NCBI RefSeq assembly: GCF_009834535.1
Contig: NC_045696.1
Span: 121,460,001-121,524,000, forward strand
From: Camelus ferus
Taxonomy: Eukaryota
DNA: 64,000 bases
Direction of reading: 5' to 3'
The number at the start of each line of letters is the position of its first letter. Within the stretch, counting starts at the first letter, position 1. The position numbers and the translations under genes are program-made. This document shows, one piece after another, positions 37,045 to 49,992 of this stretch. The notes below the pieces were generated by a model that saw nothing but the letters and a program-made list of their open reading frames with translations, was not told the DNA's origin and did no database searches.

Positions 37045-40000
37045 CAGGCACACCTCGGGGATACTGTGGGTTTGGTTCCAGACCACCGCAATACAGTGAA
37101 TATCCCAATAAAATAAGTCACACGAATTTTTTGGTTTCCCAACACATATAGAAGACACATTTACACTATAGTTTATTAACTGTGCAACAGCACTAGGTCT
37201 AAAAAAGGTGCATAGTTTAACTTAAAAATACTTTACTGCTAAAAAATGCTATCCATCATCTGAGTCTTCAGCAAATTGTAATCTTTTTTTCTGGAGGAGG
37301 GCTTAGCTTCAAGTTTACGGCTGCTGACTGATCTGGGTGGTGGCTGATGAAAACTGGGATGGTTGTGGCAATTTTTTAAAAGAAGAAAGTGATGTCTGCC
37401 ACATCACTTGCCTCTTCATTTCACGAATGATTTCTCCCTAGCATGCAATGCTGTTTGATGGCATTTTACCCACAGCAGAATTTCCTTCAAAAATGGACTC
37501 AATCCTCTCAAATTCTGCCACTGCTTTATCAACTAGGTTTATGTAATATTCTAAATGCTTGGTTGTCATCCCAACAATCTTCACAGCATCTTCACCAGGA
37601 GTAGATTCCATCTTAAGAAACCACTTTCTTTTTTTTCTTTTTTTTAACAAGAAACCATTTCTTGACTCATCCTCATCCACTAAATTTTATCCTGAGACGG
37701 CAGATCTTGTTGCTTACCTATTTTATATATAGCAGTTTGTATCTGATAATCCCAAATTCCTAATTTATCCTTCTCCCCCTTTCCATTTTGGTAAACATAA
37801 GTTTGGTTTCTATCTGTGAGTCTCTGTTCTGTAAATAAAGTTCATTTGTATTATTTTTTTAGATTCCGCATAAAAGTGATATCATATGGTATTTTTTCTT
37901 TCTCTTTCTGACTTAATTCATTAAAAATGACAATCTCCAGGTCCATCCATGTTGCTGCAAATGGCATAGTTTCATTCTTTTTGTGGCTGAGTAGTATTCC
38001 ATTGTGTACATATACATACCACATCTTTTTTGTGCAGTCCTCTGTCAGTGGACATTTAGGTTGCTTCCATGTCTTGGCTATTGTAAATACTGCTGCTATG
38101 AACATTGGGGTGCACTAAATTCTCAAAGTAGAGTTTCTTCCCAATATATGCCCAGGAATGGGATGGCTGGATCATATGGTAAGTCTGTTTTTAGTTTTTT
38201 GAGGAATCTCCATACTACGGAGAAATTCCTCCATAGTAGCTGCACCAAACTACATTCCCACCAACAGTGTAGGAGGCCCCCCTTTTTTCCACACCCTCTC
38301 CAGCATTTTGTCGTTCATGGACTCTTGAATGATGGCCATTCTGACTGGCATAACGTGATACCTCACTGTAGTTTTGATTTTCATTTCTCTAATAATTAGC
38401 GATACTGAGCATCTTTTCATGTGCCTATTTGCCTTTTGTATGTCTTCATTAGACAAATGTCCATTTAGCTCTTCTTTCAATTTCTTGATTGGACTGTTTG
38501 TTTTTTCACTACTGACTTCTATGAGCTGTTTGCAGATTCTGGAGGTTAAGTCCTTGTCAGTCGCATCATTTGCAGATATTTTTTCCCAGTGTGCATAGGC
38601 TGTCTTTTCATTTTGTTTGCAACTTCCTTTGCTGTGGAAAAGCTTATAAGTTTAATTAGGTCCCATTTGTTTATTTTTGCTTTTATTTCTGTTGCCTTGA
38701 GAGACTGACCCAGGAAAATATTGCTATGATTTACATCAGAGAATATTTTGCCTGTGTTCTCTTCTAGAAGATTTATGGTATCTTGTCTTATGTTTAAGCC
38801 TTTAAGCCATTTTTTAGTTTATTGTTGTGTGTGATGTGAGGGAGTGTTCTCACTTCACTGATTTATATGTGGCTGAACAGTTTTCCCAACACCACTCACT
38901 GAAGAGGCCATCTTTTCTCCATTGTATATTATTGACTCCTTTGTTGGAGATTAATCGACTATAGATGTGTGGGTTTATTTCTGGGCTGTCTATTCTGATC
39001 CATGGATCCATGTGTCTGTTTTTGTGCCACTACCACACTGTTTTGATTACTGTAGCTTTGTAGTATTGTCTGAAGTCTGGAAGGGTTATGTCTCCAGCTT
39101 TGTACTTTTTCCTCAGGATTGCTTTAACAATTCTGGGCCTTTTGTGGTTCCATATAAATTTTAGGATTACTTGTTCTAGTTCTGTGAAAAAAGTCCTGGG
39201 TAATTTGACAGAGATCACATTAAATCTGTAGATTGCTTTGGGTAGTATGACTATTTCAATACTATTAATTCTTCCAATCCAAGAGCATGGGATGTTTTTC
39301 CATTTCTTTGAATCATCTTTAATTTCCTTTATCAATGTTTTATACTTCTTTGTGTATAAGTCTTTCACCTCCTTGGTCAGGTTTATTCCTAGGTTGTTGT
39401 TTTTTTTTTTTTTTTGACATGACTTTAAAAGGGGTTGTTGTTGTTTGTTTGTTTGTTTTTTCACTTTTCTGATATTTCATTGTTAGTGAGAAGAAATGCA
39501 ACAGGTTTCTGTATGTTAATCTTGTATCCTGCAACCTTGCTGAATTCATTTATCAGCTCTAGTAGTTTTGAGTCTTAAGGGTTTTCTATATATACCATCA
39601 TGTCATCTGCAAATAGTGACAATTTTACCTCTTCCCTTCCAATTTGGATCCCTTTATTTCTTTTCCTTATCTGATTACTATGGCTAGGGCTTCCAAGACT
39701 ATGTTGAATAGAAGTGGTGGGAATGGTCAACCTTGTCTTATCCCAGATTTTAGTGGGAAGGTTTTCAGTTTTTCACCAATGAGTACTATGCTTGCTAGGC
39801 TTGTCATAAATAGCTTTCATTATGTTGAGATGTTCCCTCTGTACCCACTTTGATAAGAGTTTTTATCATGAATGGATGTTGAATTTTATCAAATGCTTTC
39901 CTGCAACCATGGAGATGATCATGTGGTTTTTGCCCTTTCTTTTGTGGATGTGGCGTATCACGTTGATTGATTTGAGTATGTTGAACCATCCTTGTGACCC

Positions 40001-41008
40001 TGGGATGAAAGTCCTAGACAGCACCTTCTTCCAATAGTAGGCTATTTGTCTACATGCAATAGCTGTTGTTTAGTGTAGCACTTTCTTGAATCAGTTATCT
40101 CAGTCAGATCTTCTGGATAACATGCTCCAGCTTCCACAGCAGCACCTGCTGCTTCACCTTGAACTTTAATGTGTGGAAACTGCTTCTTTCCTTAAACATC
40201 ATGAACAAACCTCTGCCAGCTTCAAACCTTTCCTCTGCAGCTTCCATACCACTCAGTCTTCACAGAACTGCGGAGAGTCAGGGCTTTGCTCTAGATCAGG
40301 CTTTGGCTTAAGGGAATGTTGAGGCTGGTTTGATCTTCTCTCCCAACCACTCAGACTTTCTCCACATCAGCAATAAGGCAGTTTTGCTTTCTTACCATTC
40401 GTGTGTTCAATGGAACAGCACTTTTAATTTCCTTCAAGAACTTCTCCTTTGTATTCGCAATGTGGCTAACTGTCTGGCACAAGAGGCCTAGCTTTCAGCC
40501 TATCTGAGCTTTCGACATGCCCTCCTGACTAAGCTTAATCATTTCTAGCTTTTGATTTAAAGTGAAAGACATGCAACTCTTTCTTTCACTTGAACACTTA
40601 AAGACCATTGTAGGGTTATTAACTGGCCTAATTTCAGTATTGCTGTGTTCAGGAATTGGGAGGCCAAGAGAGGGAGAGAGAGCAATTAGAACACATACAA
40701 CATTTATAGATTAGGTTTGCCGCTTTCTATGGGCATAACTTGTGATGCCCCCAAACAATTACAACAGAAACACCAAAGACTCCAGATTACAAATCACTGT
40801 GACATACATAAACAAAATAAAAAAAAGTCTGAGATACTGTGAGAAGTACCAAAATGTGACTCAGAGACACCGAGTGAGCAAATGCTGTTGGAAAAACTAT
40901 GCCAAGACTTGCCTGATGTAGGGTTGCCACAAACCTAAAATTTGTTTTAAAAAAATGCAGCATCTGCAAAGTGCAATAAAGTGAAGCCGATAACACGAGG
41001 TCTGCCTG
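37045..41008 (-). mobile_element. Tigger1 (TcMar/pogo) with both termini, interrupted by an L1; decayed transposase on the minus strand
   Basis: TA|caggcacacctcg ... cgaggtctgcctg|TA gives TIRs and a TA TSD (37043-44, 41009-10). The peptide [44 protein letters not shown] (37438-37680) is the Tigger1 transposase C-terminus. Confidence 0.95.
37704..40005 (-). mobile_element. L1 fragment (RT to 3'UTR), truncated at both ends, no poly(A)
   Basis: ORF2 peptides [24 protein letters not shown]...LPKAIYRFN...[17 protein letters not shown] and [13 protein letters not shown]. The 3'UTR stops at ...caacaagat. Confidence 0.95.
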
Positions 41009-41394
41009 TATCTGTTTTCTTTCACCAAGGGGTTAGTCATTATCAGTCCAACTTAAATTTCCCACCCCCTCTCCTCTCTTCCTCCTTGGTAAACACTTCA
41101 CACACTGGCTCCACCCCTAACACAGCACACGCCCTCCTTCCTGTATGTAGCAATATGTTCACCAGTGTCTCCTCCACCTTCAGGGGAGCTGCATGTGGAC
41201 GTTCCCCACCACAGACCCCACAGCGATCATTCGAGGTTTGGTGTGTTGTAGACACTCAAGAAATATATGTTGAATGGATGAAATAATGACAAGGGGTCAA
41301 AGGGTGGTTCTGAGTTACACAACTTGGACCAGCTCTAGCTACACGCAAGTTGGGAAGGTTTTAAGGGTCCTCCCTCCTTTCCTTTCTGCATAAT

Positions 41395-41625
41395 AGTAAC
41401 AATAACCACGAGGCTAACACAGAGTGAGCCTTTAGTGTGAGCCGGGACTGTGCTGCGCACTTTACTTCTTCAATTCTTGCAGCAAACCTGCGAGGTGTGT
41501 AGTGGTCACAGCAGCAGCACAGCAGTGATAGGAGCAGTAGTAACCGTAGTAACAGTAGTAGCAGCAGCGGCAGCAACAGTAATAGTAGAAGTACAGCAGC
41601 AGGAGGAGGAGGAGTAATAGTGGTT
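41395..41625. repeat. MIR fragment followed by an imperfect (AGC/AGT/AGG)n trinucleotide tract (41505-41620)
   Basis: Visible cagcagcag/agtagtaac/ggaggagga run after gccgggactgtgct...ctttac...aacctgcgaggt. Confidence 0.8.
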
Positions 41626-42695
41626 TCAGAGTCTGACATCAGAGCCATCCCTCCCTGGCCCGTCCATCCCGCTGCATAGCACCTCTCTCCTTCCACTCCA
41701 TCCACGATGCTCCTATTAGAACCCTGGGCATGGATGCTGGGACAGAAATGGCGCTTACATAGGCTCCATGGTTCCTGGGTAGCTCCATCCCACAACCCTG
41801 GGCTTCATTTAAAGGATAAGCAGCTAAGGAATGGATGCACCCACTCCAAAAGTTCCTGTGATCTCTTCCATGGAGACGCCCTCCCATTTGTGGATTCCCT
41901 CATGATAATCTGTCTGCTTTGAACTTCACTTCTGCTGTGAAATAAACAGGAAGTCAGACTGGCTTTTATGATGAGGTGGAAGGATTCAGCTTTAAGCCAG
42001 GAATATGCTTTGCCAGATGCTTTGTCATCTGTAATGACATCACCCAAAACCTGCAAAAGAAACCCTGACAGGGAGGCGGAGATTTCCACCTGGTCCCAGT
42101 CTCACATCCACCCCTCCTCACGCCTCCACGTCCCTCCATCAGGCCCTGCCCTCGGCCGCCCAGCTCGTCCTCACAGTCGTCCACCTGTGACAGTTCTGCT
42201 CATTCTCTCCCACATCAGAGTCGACCCTTCCTGGGTCACATTCTCTCCTCCTCAGCTGTCTTGCTGGAAAGCTCACCAGCAAATGAGCCATTCTGCCAAA
42301 ACTGTGTGTTCCAACTCCTGACAGGGCTTTTTAAACCTTTAACTGAACACTCCTAGAGAGGCAAAGTCTTTGTGCTACTGAACACATCTGCATTCACAGC
42401 GCCGGCTGGCCGACAGGCTCCTGGGAGCAGGGAGATCTTTCTCACGGCAAGGACTGTTCTCATGTGTCTTAATGGGCAGCCACTTGAGCGCCATCTGTAA
42501 CTGGCTCCTTGGGCTGCAAGTACTACTGGAAACGGGCGGCGGAGGTTTTGCAGGTAAGCACCCAACAGGCACCAGCGACTCCACTTAACTCAACAGTCAC
42601 CTTAAAGTACTGGCTCTTTACAACAGGTGTGAACAAGAGGCAGTGGTAAGGAGGTTAACTTTCTAGTCAGACACACTTCATCTCCATATTCAGCC

Positions 42696-43040
42696 TGTAC
42701 TAGTCAGGGTCCCCACAGGGGAAAAAAGGCACGTTCAAATCAGGGTAAGTGTGATGCAGGGGAAATTCAAGGAGTGACGCGATAAAGAGACAACAGGCAG
42801 AGCTAGAGCCCAGGGGAGGGGGCTATGTAGGGAAAAACTGTCCTAAGAAGGTCAGGGATGCAGCCAGCACACGGTGACCCTGCAAGGAAGAAGCCAGGGG
42901 AAGACATAGCCTGACCTCACCTTTCTTCTGATCTCCTGCTGGGGCTTACAAAAAAAAAAAAATGGAAGCCAAAAGACTTATTTTTCGGTGTGGTTGCATA
43001 TGGGGCAGTTGTAGAAGTTGTGGTAACAGATGTAGAGAGG
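42696..43040 (-). mobile_element. ERVL solo LTR remnant, LTR41-like
   Basis: tgtactagtcagggtcccc...ggcacgttcaaat, gggatgcagccagc...gaccctgcaaggaagaagccagggg, and ctgatctcctgctggggct. Confidence 0.6.
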
Positions 43041-44134
43041 CCCCACAGCACAGCTTTGGGTGGTCCCCATGACTCAGACTGCAGTGTGAACGCTGCTCCC
43101 TGGAGTCACACCACACAGCAGCCCTGTTAATACCTTGGACAGCGCCCGGCAAAAAAGAAGCACTCAGAATATGAACATCCTTACCTCTTTCAAGTGGGAC
43201 AGACTAGTCAAAAGTTGCCAACTGCATGTTGGTCTCACATATAGGAACCTAGGGAGCAAAGCTGCCACCCTTCCAATGACCTCTTTCCCTCAGACAGGGA
43301 AGACGTTACCCTCACTCCTGTAATCACAGAATTTTCAGAAACAGGTGCTTTCAAAACCCCTGCTTCCCATCTTGTGCCTCTGCCTCTCTCACAGGGTGAG
43401 GCGAAGCAGATGAGCTGCTGCGAGGTGAGAAAGCACGAGCTCACACACGGGAAACTAAAAGTGCTGATTAGAAATATGCCCAATCAACGCACAGGCCAAT
43501 ACTTCACACAGGAACTATCACTACCTGATATTTTCACAAAGGCAACTGACACTTACTCATTCCCCATAAATTTCAGGGCTGTTTCAATCATGGTAGGAAG
43601 CACAGCCAGTGAGGACGCTCTACCAGTTAGACTGGCAGGACCCTTTGTAGTGCACTCTTGAAATCAAACCACCACAGAATAAATCCAGCCTCAGCTCGTG
43701 AATAGTGAAAAATGTCTCAGGAAAGGAAACAAAAATCACTTCAGTGTAGAATAAATTGATGGACCCATTTAATTAGAGGACTCCCCAAGTAGAAGAGAAT
43801 CTTATCTTGACCAACACCACTTTGCAAAGGGAACTATATTCATCAGAGAGTAAGCCATCCCAAGTCACCTCAATGCTGAGCTCACATCTGCAGGTTTGCA
43901 GGATCTGCCCCAGTGCTTTGGTTTATCGGACTTCTGAGGTCTGGGTCAACCTGAGAGAGGAAGAACTTGAGTCCTTCCCTCTAATCACGAAGACTGTGTC
44001 TCCATCCTCACTTCGTCCCTGTCTTTATTGTGCTCTAAACTTTTTACAAATCAAAAAAAACCAAAAAAGTCCAAGAAAACTGATCTAAAGCTGCATGCAC
44101 ATTTTTTGGTTACTAAGATGAATGAAGGTTGTAG

Positions 44135-44260
44135 TGGACTAAGGAATCACACAATTCTGTGACCTTGGATAAATTACTTCTCTGGGCTTCAAAGTTCTTA
44201 TCTGTGCAATTGGGGTTTGGATTAGGGCTGTAAGGTACTTTCCAATTCTGCCATTCTAAC
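44135..44260 (+). mobile_element. MIR SINE
   Basis: ctgtgaccttggataaattacttctctgggcttcaaagttcttatctgtgcaattgggg. Confidence 0.65.
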
Positions 44261-44741
44261 AAGGAGAGAAACGAGGAGAGGGGAAACAATCCCCTTGGTT
44301 CTTCCATCTCAAACTTTATTGCCTTTCAAAATACTACTTCCCTTTTCTACTTCTAGTTTGACATCAGGACACAGGTGAGTCCCAATCAGGTAGGGCTACA
44401 GGTACCACAGCAATAAGGCAATGTTCCCAGTGCAAACAGCAGTTAGAGGCCTGGAAGTTTCAAGAAACTTCCTGAAGGATCTGGCTATGAATACCAGAGA
44501 GATCTCACGTGTTTGCTAATGGATTTGGGCAGGAGGACAGAAAGTCTTGGAACCAAAGATCAATGGTTTAAATAGAAGTATACACATGCTGACAATCTGA
44601 GAGGCCTTATTACCACAGACCTGGCCCGTTAGGTTACCAGGTCACAGTACAGAACCCTGAGGAAAACCTGGCTGTCTGCTACATGACAGGTGAGGCCACC
44701 AAATACCCCATCTCAAAGTGAGGTCCAGCTGAGATCCCCTT

Positions 44742-46920
44742 TCAATCATTCAGTGAACAACTATCTACTGAGCTCCTGCTCTGTGCCATGCCCTGTGCTG
44801 GGTGCTAGTGATTAAACAGAGAGTGAGACTGACGTGAACCCCACCCTCATGGAAGAGACGGACATTAAATAAATAAGTGTCCAAATATACACCTACACAA
44901 CAGGATAAAGACCATGGAGAAGAGTAAACAGTGTGATGAGGTATCATGAGAAGGGTGCCTTGTGGGGTTAGAGGATTTTCTGAGGAAGGGACATTAAAGT
45001 TGTACCTGGTTCAGCCAGTAAAGAGTTGACGGAAGAACATTCCAGCATATGGAAAGTCTCCATGCCTGCCCACATTAAAAGTTGGCCATGTGGCTGAGGC
45101 ACTGAGGGAGGAGGAAACAGGGTTGAGAGGCAGTTAAGGGTCAGCTCACCCCTTGTAGACGATATTGAATGTTTCAGGTTTTAAATGAAGTGATGAGTGA
45201 CACGACATGTGTAAGTTCCTCAAGGATCACTCTGGAGCAGCATGAAGAGACTAGGAGAGGAGCAAGAAGGAAAGTGTGAGTGCAGTCTGATGGTCACCAC
45301 AGCCATGAAGTCAGCAAAGGATGGAGGCTTGGACTGAAGCAGTGACAGAGGAAAAGGAAAGAAATGGGCAGACTGGAGAAGCACCTTGGGAGCAAAAGTG
45401 ACTGGCCCTATGACAAACATGAATAAAAGACGGAGGAGATGAGAAAGTGATGCCTGCCCATACTCACGGCGTGAGAATTTGATACAGGGAGATGCACAGC
45501 ACATTCCAAGAAGGGAGACACTGGAGAGGAAGACACAGAGGAACCAGAGGTGGATGTTCAGAGTTGTGCTGCACAGCACTCTGCACAATGCTGTTTTAGA
45601 TGTGAGGTCACAGAAGACGAGAACTTAAAGTGACTACCTGATTTAGGAAGACCCCTGTTGACTTAAACAAGATCAGTCTATGTGGAGACACAGGTGCAGA
45701 ATCTAGATTGGGAGGAATCAAAAAATGAATGGGCGATAAGGAGGAGAAAGCAGTGCATGCACAAAGGTTTTTCAGCAAGTTTGTTGTAAAATGTCCCGGC
45801 GAGATGCAACATCAAGGGACAGTAATTAAGATGAAGCACACTGAGACACAGATGCAGGCTGCAGGAGACAAACCAGTGAGAGAGCAGAGATAAAAGCTGC
45901 AGGGGCTACAGGGAACACCTAGTAACAAGAGGGCCATAAGAAGTGAGAAGGGGTGGTGTCTGGAGCGTCTATGCTTCTTCCACTGAGCGGGAAGAAGCAA
46001 GTGCAGGTAAGTCTGTGGGTGCAAGAAAGAGCTCCCATTTGATGGCTTCTATGTCTTCTGTGAATAGAAAGGCCTCATGTAATGAAGGTTGTGGGGATGG
46101 AGTTTAGAGACATAAGGAGAATGGAGGAGATGCAAAATGAGTTTAATGATGTGAAGAAAAACTCAATAAAAATGTAAATAAGCTATTCAGTCATTACGGA
46201 GGGCCCAGCTAGGGGTTGGTGATCATGGATTTACAATGGTACCCTTCTTTTCCAATGTGTCATTTTCTCCAGAAGCCTTGAAGCCTCTTTGAACGTATGC
46301 ACATAGTTTGGTTTAGCTAGGCTGAGATCAAGCAGTTATAATTATAGAAAGAAGACCAAGGAAGTTCAGAGTATTTGCAAAAGAGAGATTAAAATGAAGG
46401 CCAATGCAATATAATCGGGACGGGGTTATGAATGAACCAGGAAGAGGCCAACAGAGGAGGTGGAGACATCAATGGATTGGACATCTGATGAGGCCACAGA
46501 ATCGCTGTGTGGAGATAACTGAACAAGCAAGCTGGAAAGTGGGGTGGTTGAACTAGCAATCCTGGAGGTGGGCACTCTGCAGTAATGACCGAAGTCAACA
46601 GCATGAAAGACAAATGGGAGCAGTGGAGCAGAGGAGAGAAAATCACTGAAAACAGAAAGAAATCAGGGAATGGGAGGTCCGAGTCCTCTGGGGGGATGTT
46701 CAATGAGATGTCAAATTTTCTAGGATGACAGTAAAATGTAGGGAGCGAGGAGGACCAAGTGAAGTCTTCAACAACAGAAAGGTTGTGACCAGGAGGAGGA
46801 TGAGATCGGGGCATGCCTTGATCATGTGCTTTAGAAAAACAGACTCTGCTTTTGAAAAGGCTACAGAAAAAGTGGTGTCTTGGGGGTTCGAACGTACGCT
46901 AATCTGGCAAAGTAGAAGAC
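44742..46920 (-). mobile_element. Long decayed L2 LINE (possibly several pieces)
   Basis: The L2 tail tcaatcattcagtgaacaactatctactgagctcctgctctgtgcca is followed by a purine-rich antisense body (aaggatcactctgg, tggaggcttggact, gtggatgttcag). The distal boundary is uncertain. Confidence 0.6.
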
Positions 46921-47771
46921 GGAATGTTTGCATAGAAGAATAATATTTAGAGAAGTTCACTATTTGGAGAATTCCGGGAAACAGTAACTGAAAGTGGGTT
47001 TTGGGGAGGAGGGGTAGTGTTTGGGGTCTATAAAGAGGATGGATGGATTAGGTCTGAATTTCCTTCTATAATTAATAAACCCAGGGTAAATTTAAGGCTG
47101 AGATGGCCAATGTACAGTACAGAATTATGGGCCTCCTACTTTGTCTTGCTGTTTTATTTTGTTTTGGCAGAAATATTATTCAGAACTTCTGATATGATAA
47201 TGGCTACGTGACTCAGCACTTTTACTCTTTTCCTCACGGAAATCATACAAAAGTAATAAAGAGAATAAAAATAAAACTTTCAAACTCCATTTTTAGTGAG
47301 ATCAAGAGACAGATTTAATCCACAGAGCCGCCTCAAACACATAAAAGGGCTGCCAGAAGCATCCAAGAGGAAGCAGAAGCCTTCCAGGAGGTGAGAAACG
47401 AATGAACAGATGCGAGAACGCAGCACTGATAGATTCAGAAAGGAAAAGAGACATTTTCACTGCTTGCAGGTGAGGGCTTCCCCTGAAGTGCAAAAGGTGT
47501 GTCTCTGTTCTGCCATAATCAATGTGGGTTGGGGGAGCAGGGCTGGGAGCAGAAGCCCTGCTGCATGAAATACAGTTCAGAGAAAATGAAATCAGACTAC
47601 ATGAGAAACACTAAGATGAGTCTATGTGACGGCTGAAGAGGAGAGAATCTTTGAGCTGGGATGCATGTTAAGTTTACCATGGACCCTCACACTTCCAAAG
47701 AGAGACTCCCTACATATAAATTGGTCAGAAAAATCCAACTTGCTCACTGAAGAGCAATACAAAGTGAATTG

Positions 47772-47966
47772 GACCAAAGCAATCTTGAGAAAGAAGAACA
47801 ACGCTGGAGGTATCTCAGTCCCTGGCTTCAGACTATACTACAAAGCTACAGTAATCAAAACACTATGGTACGGATGCAAAACAGTAATGGTAAAAATAGA
47901 CACAAAGATCAATGAAACAGGATAGAGATCACAGAAATAAACCCACACACTTAGGGTCAATTAATC
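47772..47966 (+). mobile_element. Isolated internal L1 ORF2 fragment without tail
   Basis: [32 protein letters not shown]; ends at ggtcaattaatc. Confidence 0.85.
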
Positions 47967-48311
47967 AATTGTGAAAACTGAGATGACAGAACAGAATGTA
48001 TATGTTAACACCGTAACCAAAGAGATGTATGTAAATAACTGAAATATGGGGAAGAGAAGAGGAAAGAAGTTTGGAGATAAAAAAAAAAAAAACTGGTGTT
48101 CACTCTATGTCACATCTGACAGAAAAAAAATATTGTTTAAAACTGATAAACTGAGTAACAAAAATATAGTCAGATCCAATAGTGCAAGGTTAATCAATAA
48201 GAAAGATAATACTATTGATTAAAATCAAATGATAAAAGAGAAAGCAGCAGGAGGGGAGAGTCAACATACCCACTGGTCACTAATGACTGATTCTGGCAAA
48301 GGAAATGACGG

Positions 48312-49992
48312 CAACACTGGAGGCTCCTGACTCACCCTCCTCCGCAGAGGCACCAAATACACAACTATCCATGGACCAGTTCCCTCAGAGAGAAATCCAG
48401 AAACCAGCTGAGTGACTCCAGCACATCAGGCAACTGGGAACGTGCACCCATTGAAATGCATAGGAGAGGCTGAGACACATTCTCACCACGATCCCTGCCC
48501 TTAGCACAGTACCGTACATCTGAGAATTCCAATGGCATTTTTTTACAGAAATAGGAAAAAAATCCTGAAATTAGCATGAAATAATAAAGACCCCAGAGAG
48601 CCAAAGCAATCTTGAGAAAGAAGAGCAAAGCTGGAAGCATCAAGGATTTCAAATTATTCTATAAATTTATAGTGATCAAAATAGTATGGTATCAGCATAA
48701 AGATGGACATGTAGATCCATGAATAAGAGTAGAAACCCCAGCTATAAATCAATTAATTTTTGACAAAGATGCCAATACACAGTGAGGAAAGGACAGTCTT
48801 TTCAATAAATGTTAGGAAAACTGGATATCTACATGCAAAGAGTATCTCACAATATCTCACAACACACACAAAAATCAACTCAAAATGGATTAAATACTTG
48901 AACATAAGACCAAAAACTATAAACTCCTGAAAGAAAACAAGGGAGTGGGGAGAGGGTGTAGCTCAGTGGTAGAGTGCATGCTTAGCATGCACGAGGTCCT
49001 GGGTTCAATCCCCAGTACCTTCCTTTAAATAAATTTTAAAAACCTAATTACCTACTCACCCTCCAAAAAAGAAAAACACAGGAAGTAATAAGCTTCTCGA
49101 TATAGATCTTAGCAATTATTCCTTGAAATTGACACCAAAGTACAGGCAACAGAAACAAAAATAAACAAGTGGGACTACATCAAACTGAAAAACATTTGCA
49201 AAGCAAAGGAAACTATCAACAAACTAAAAAGGCAATCTAAGGAATGGGAAAAATATTTGCAAATCACACATATGACAGGGGGTTAATATTAAAAATAAAT
49301 AAACAGATTCATAAAATAGGAAAAAAAATCCAAATAACCCAATTAAAAACTGGTTAAAAGATCTGGGTAGACATTTTTCCAAAGAAGACATACAGATGGC
49401 CTATAGGTATGTGAAAAAGTTCCCAACATCACTAATTATCAGGGAAATGCAAATCAAAACGACAAGGAGATTATCAACTCACAGCTGCTTGGATGTGTAT
49501 TATCAAAAACACAAGAGATAATAAATGCGAGTGAGGATGTGGAGAAAAGGAAATCGTTTTACACTGTTGGTAGGAAAGTATACTGCAAAACCACTGTATA
49601 AGGAAAACAGTATGGAGGTTCTCAACAAATTGAAAATAGGATTAATATATGATCCAGCAATCCTACTTCTTGGTATATATATCCAAAGGATATGAAATAA
49701 CTATCTTAAAGAGATGCATATATTCCCAAGTTCACTGCAGAATTATTCATAATAGCCAAGGTATGGAAACAACCTAAGAGTGTGTTGATAGATTAGTACT
49801 GATGGAATGATGTGTCTGTATCACTGTATCTATTAAATGTATAAAAATATAGAATATTATTCAACCTTTAAAACTTGCAACAGCATGAATGAACCTGGAA
49901 GGCATTATGCTAAGTGAAGTCAGCTAGACAGACAGAGATAAGTTCTGCACAATATCACTTATATGTGGAATCCAAAAGAAAAAAAAAAAAGA
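48312..49992 (+). mobile_element. Internally deleted L1: 5'UTR-like head (to about 48523) fused to the ORF2 3' third, with a short 3'UTR and A tail
   Basis: The head resembles the start of a laurasiatherian L1 5'UTR. ORF2 begins at aattccaatggcattt. It ends tggaatcc + poly(A). Candidate TSD at 48298-48311 / 49993-50006. Confidence 0.75.
48947..49068 (+). mobile_element. vic-1-type SINE inserted in L1 ORF2
   Basis: tRNA-Ala(AGC)-like head with A box TAGCTCAGTGG (48959-69) and B box GGTTCAATCC (49002-11), tail aaaacctaattacct, and approximate TSD aaagaaaacaagggagt / aaagaaaaacacaggaagt. Confidence 0.93.

Noticed and set aside
37438..37680. Domesticated TIGD1-like gene
   Set aside because: It is a fragment of a TIR-bounded Tigger1 fossil, disrupted by a poly-T insert and an L1, and the catalytic core is missing.
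41361..41795. Poly-Leu signal-peptide or membrane ORF
   Set aside because: It is a translation of a trinucleotide tract and MIR sequence.
48950..49022. tRNA-Ala(AGC) gene
   Set aside because: It has a SINE tail and TSD, sits inside an L1, has an imperfect acceptor stem, and has three diverged siblings in the window.
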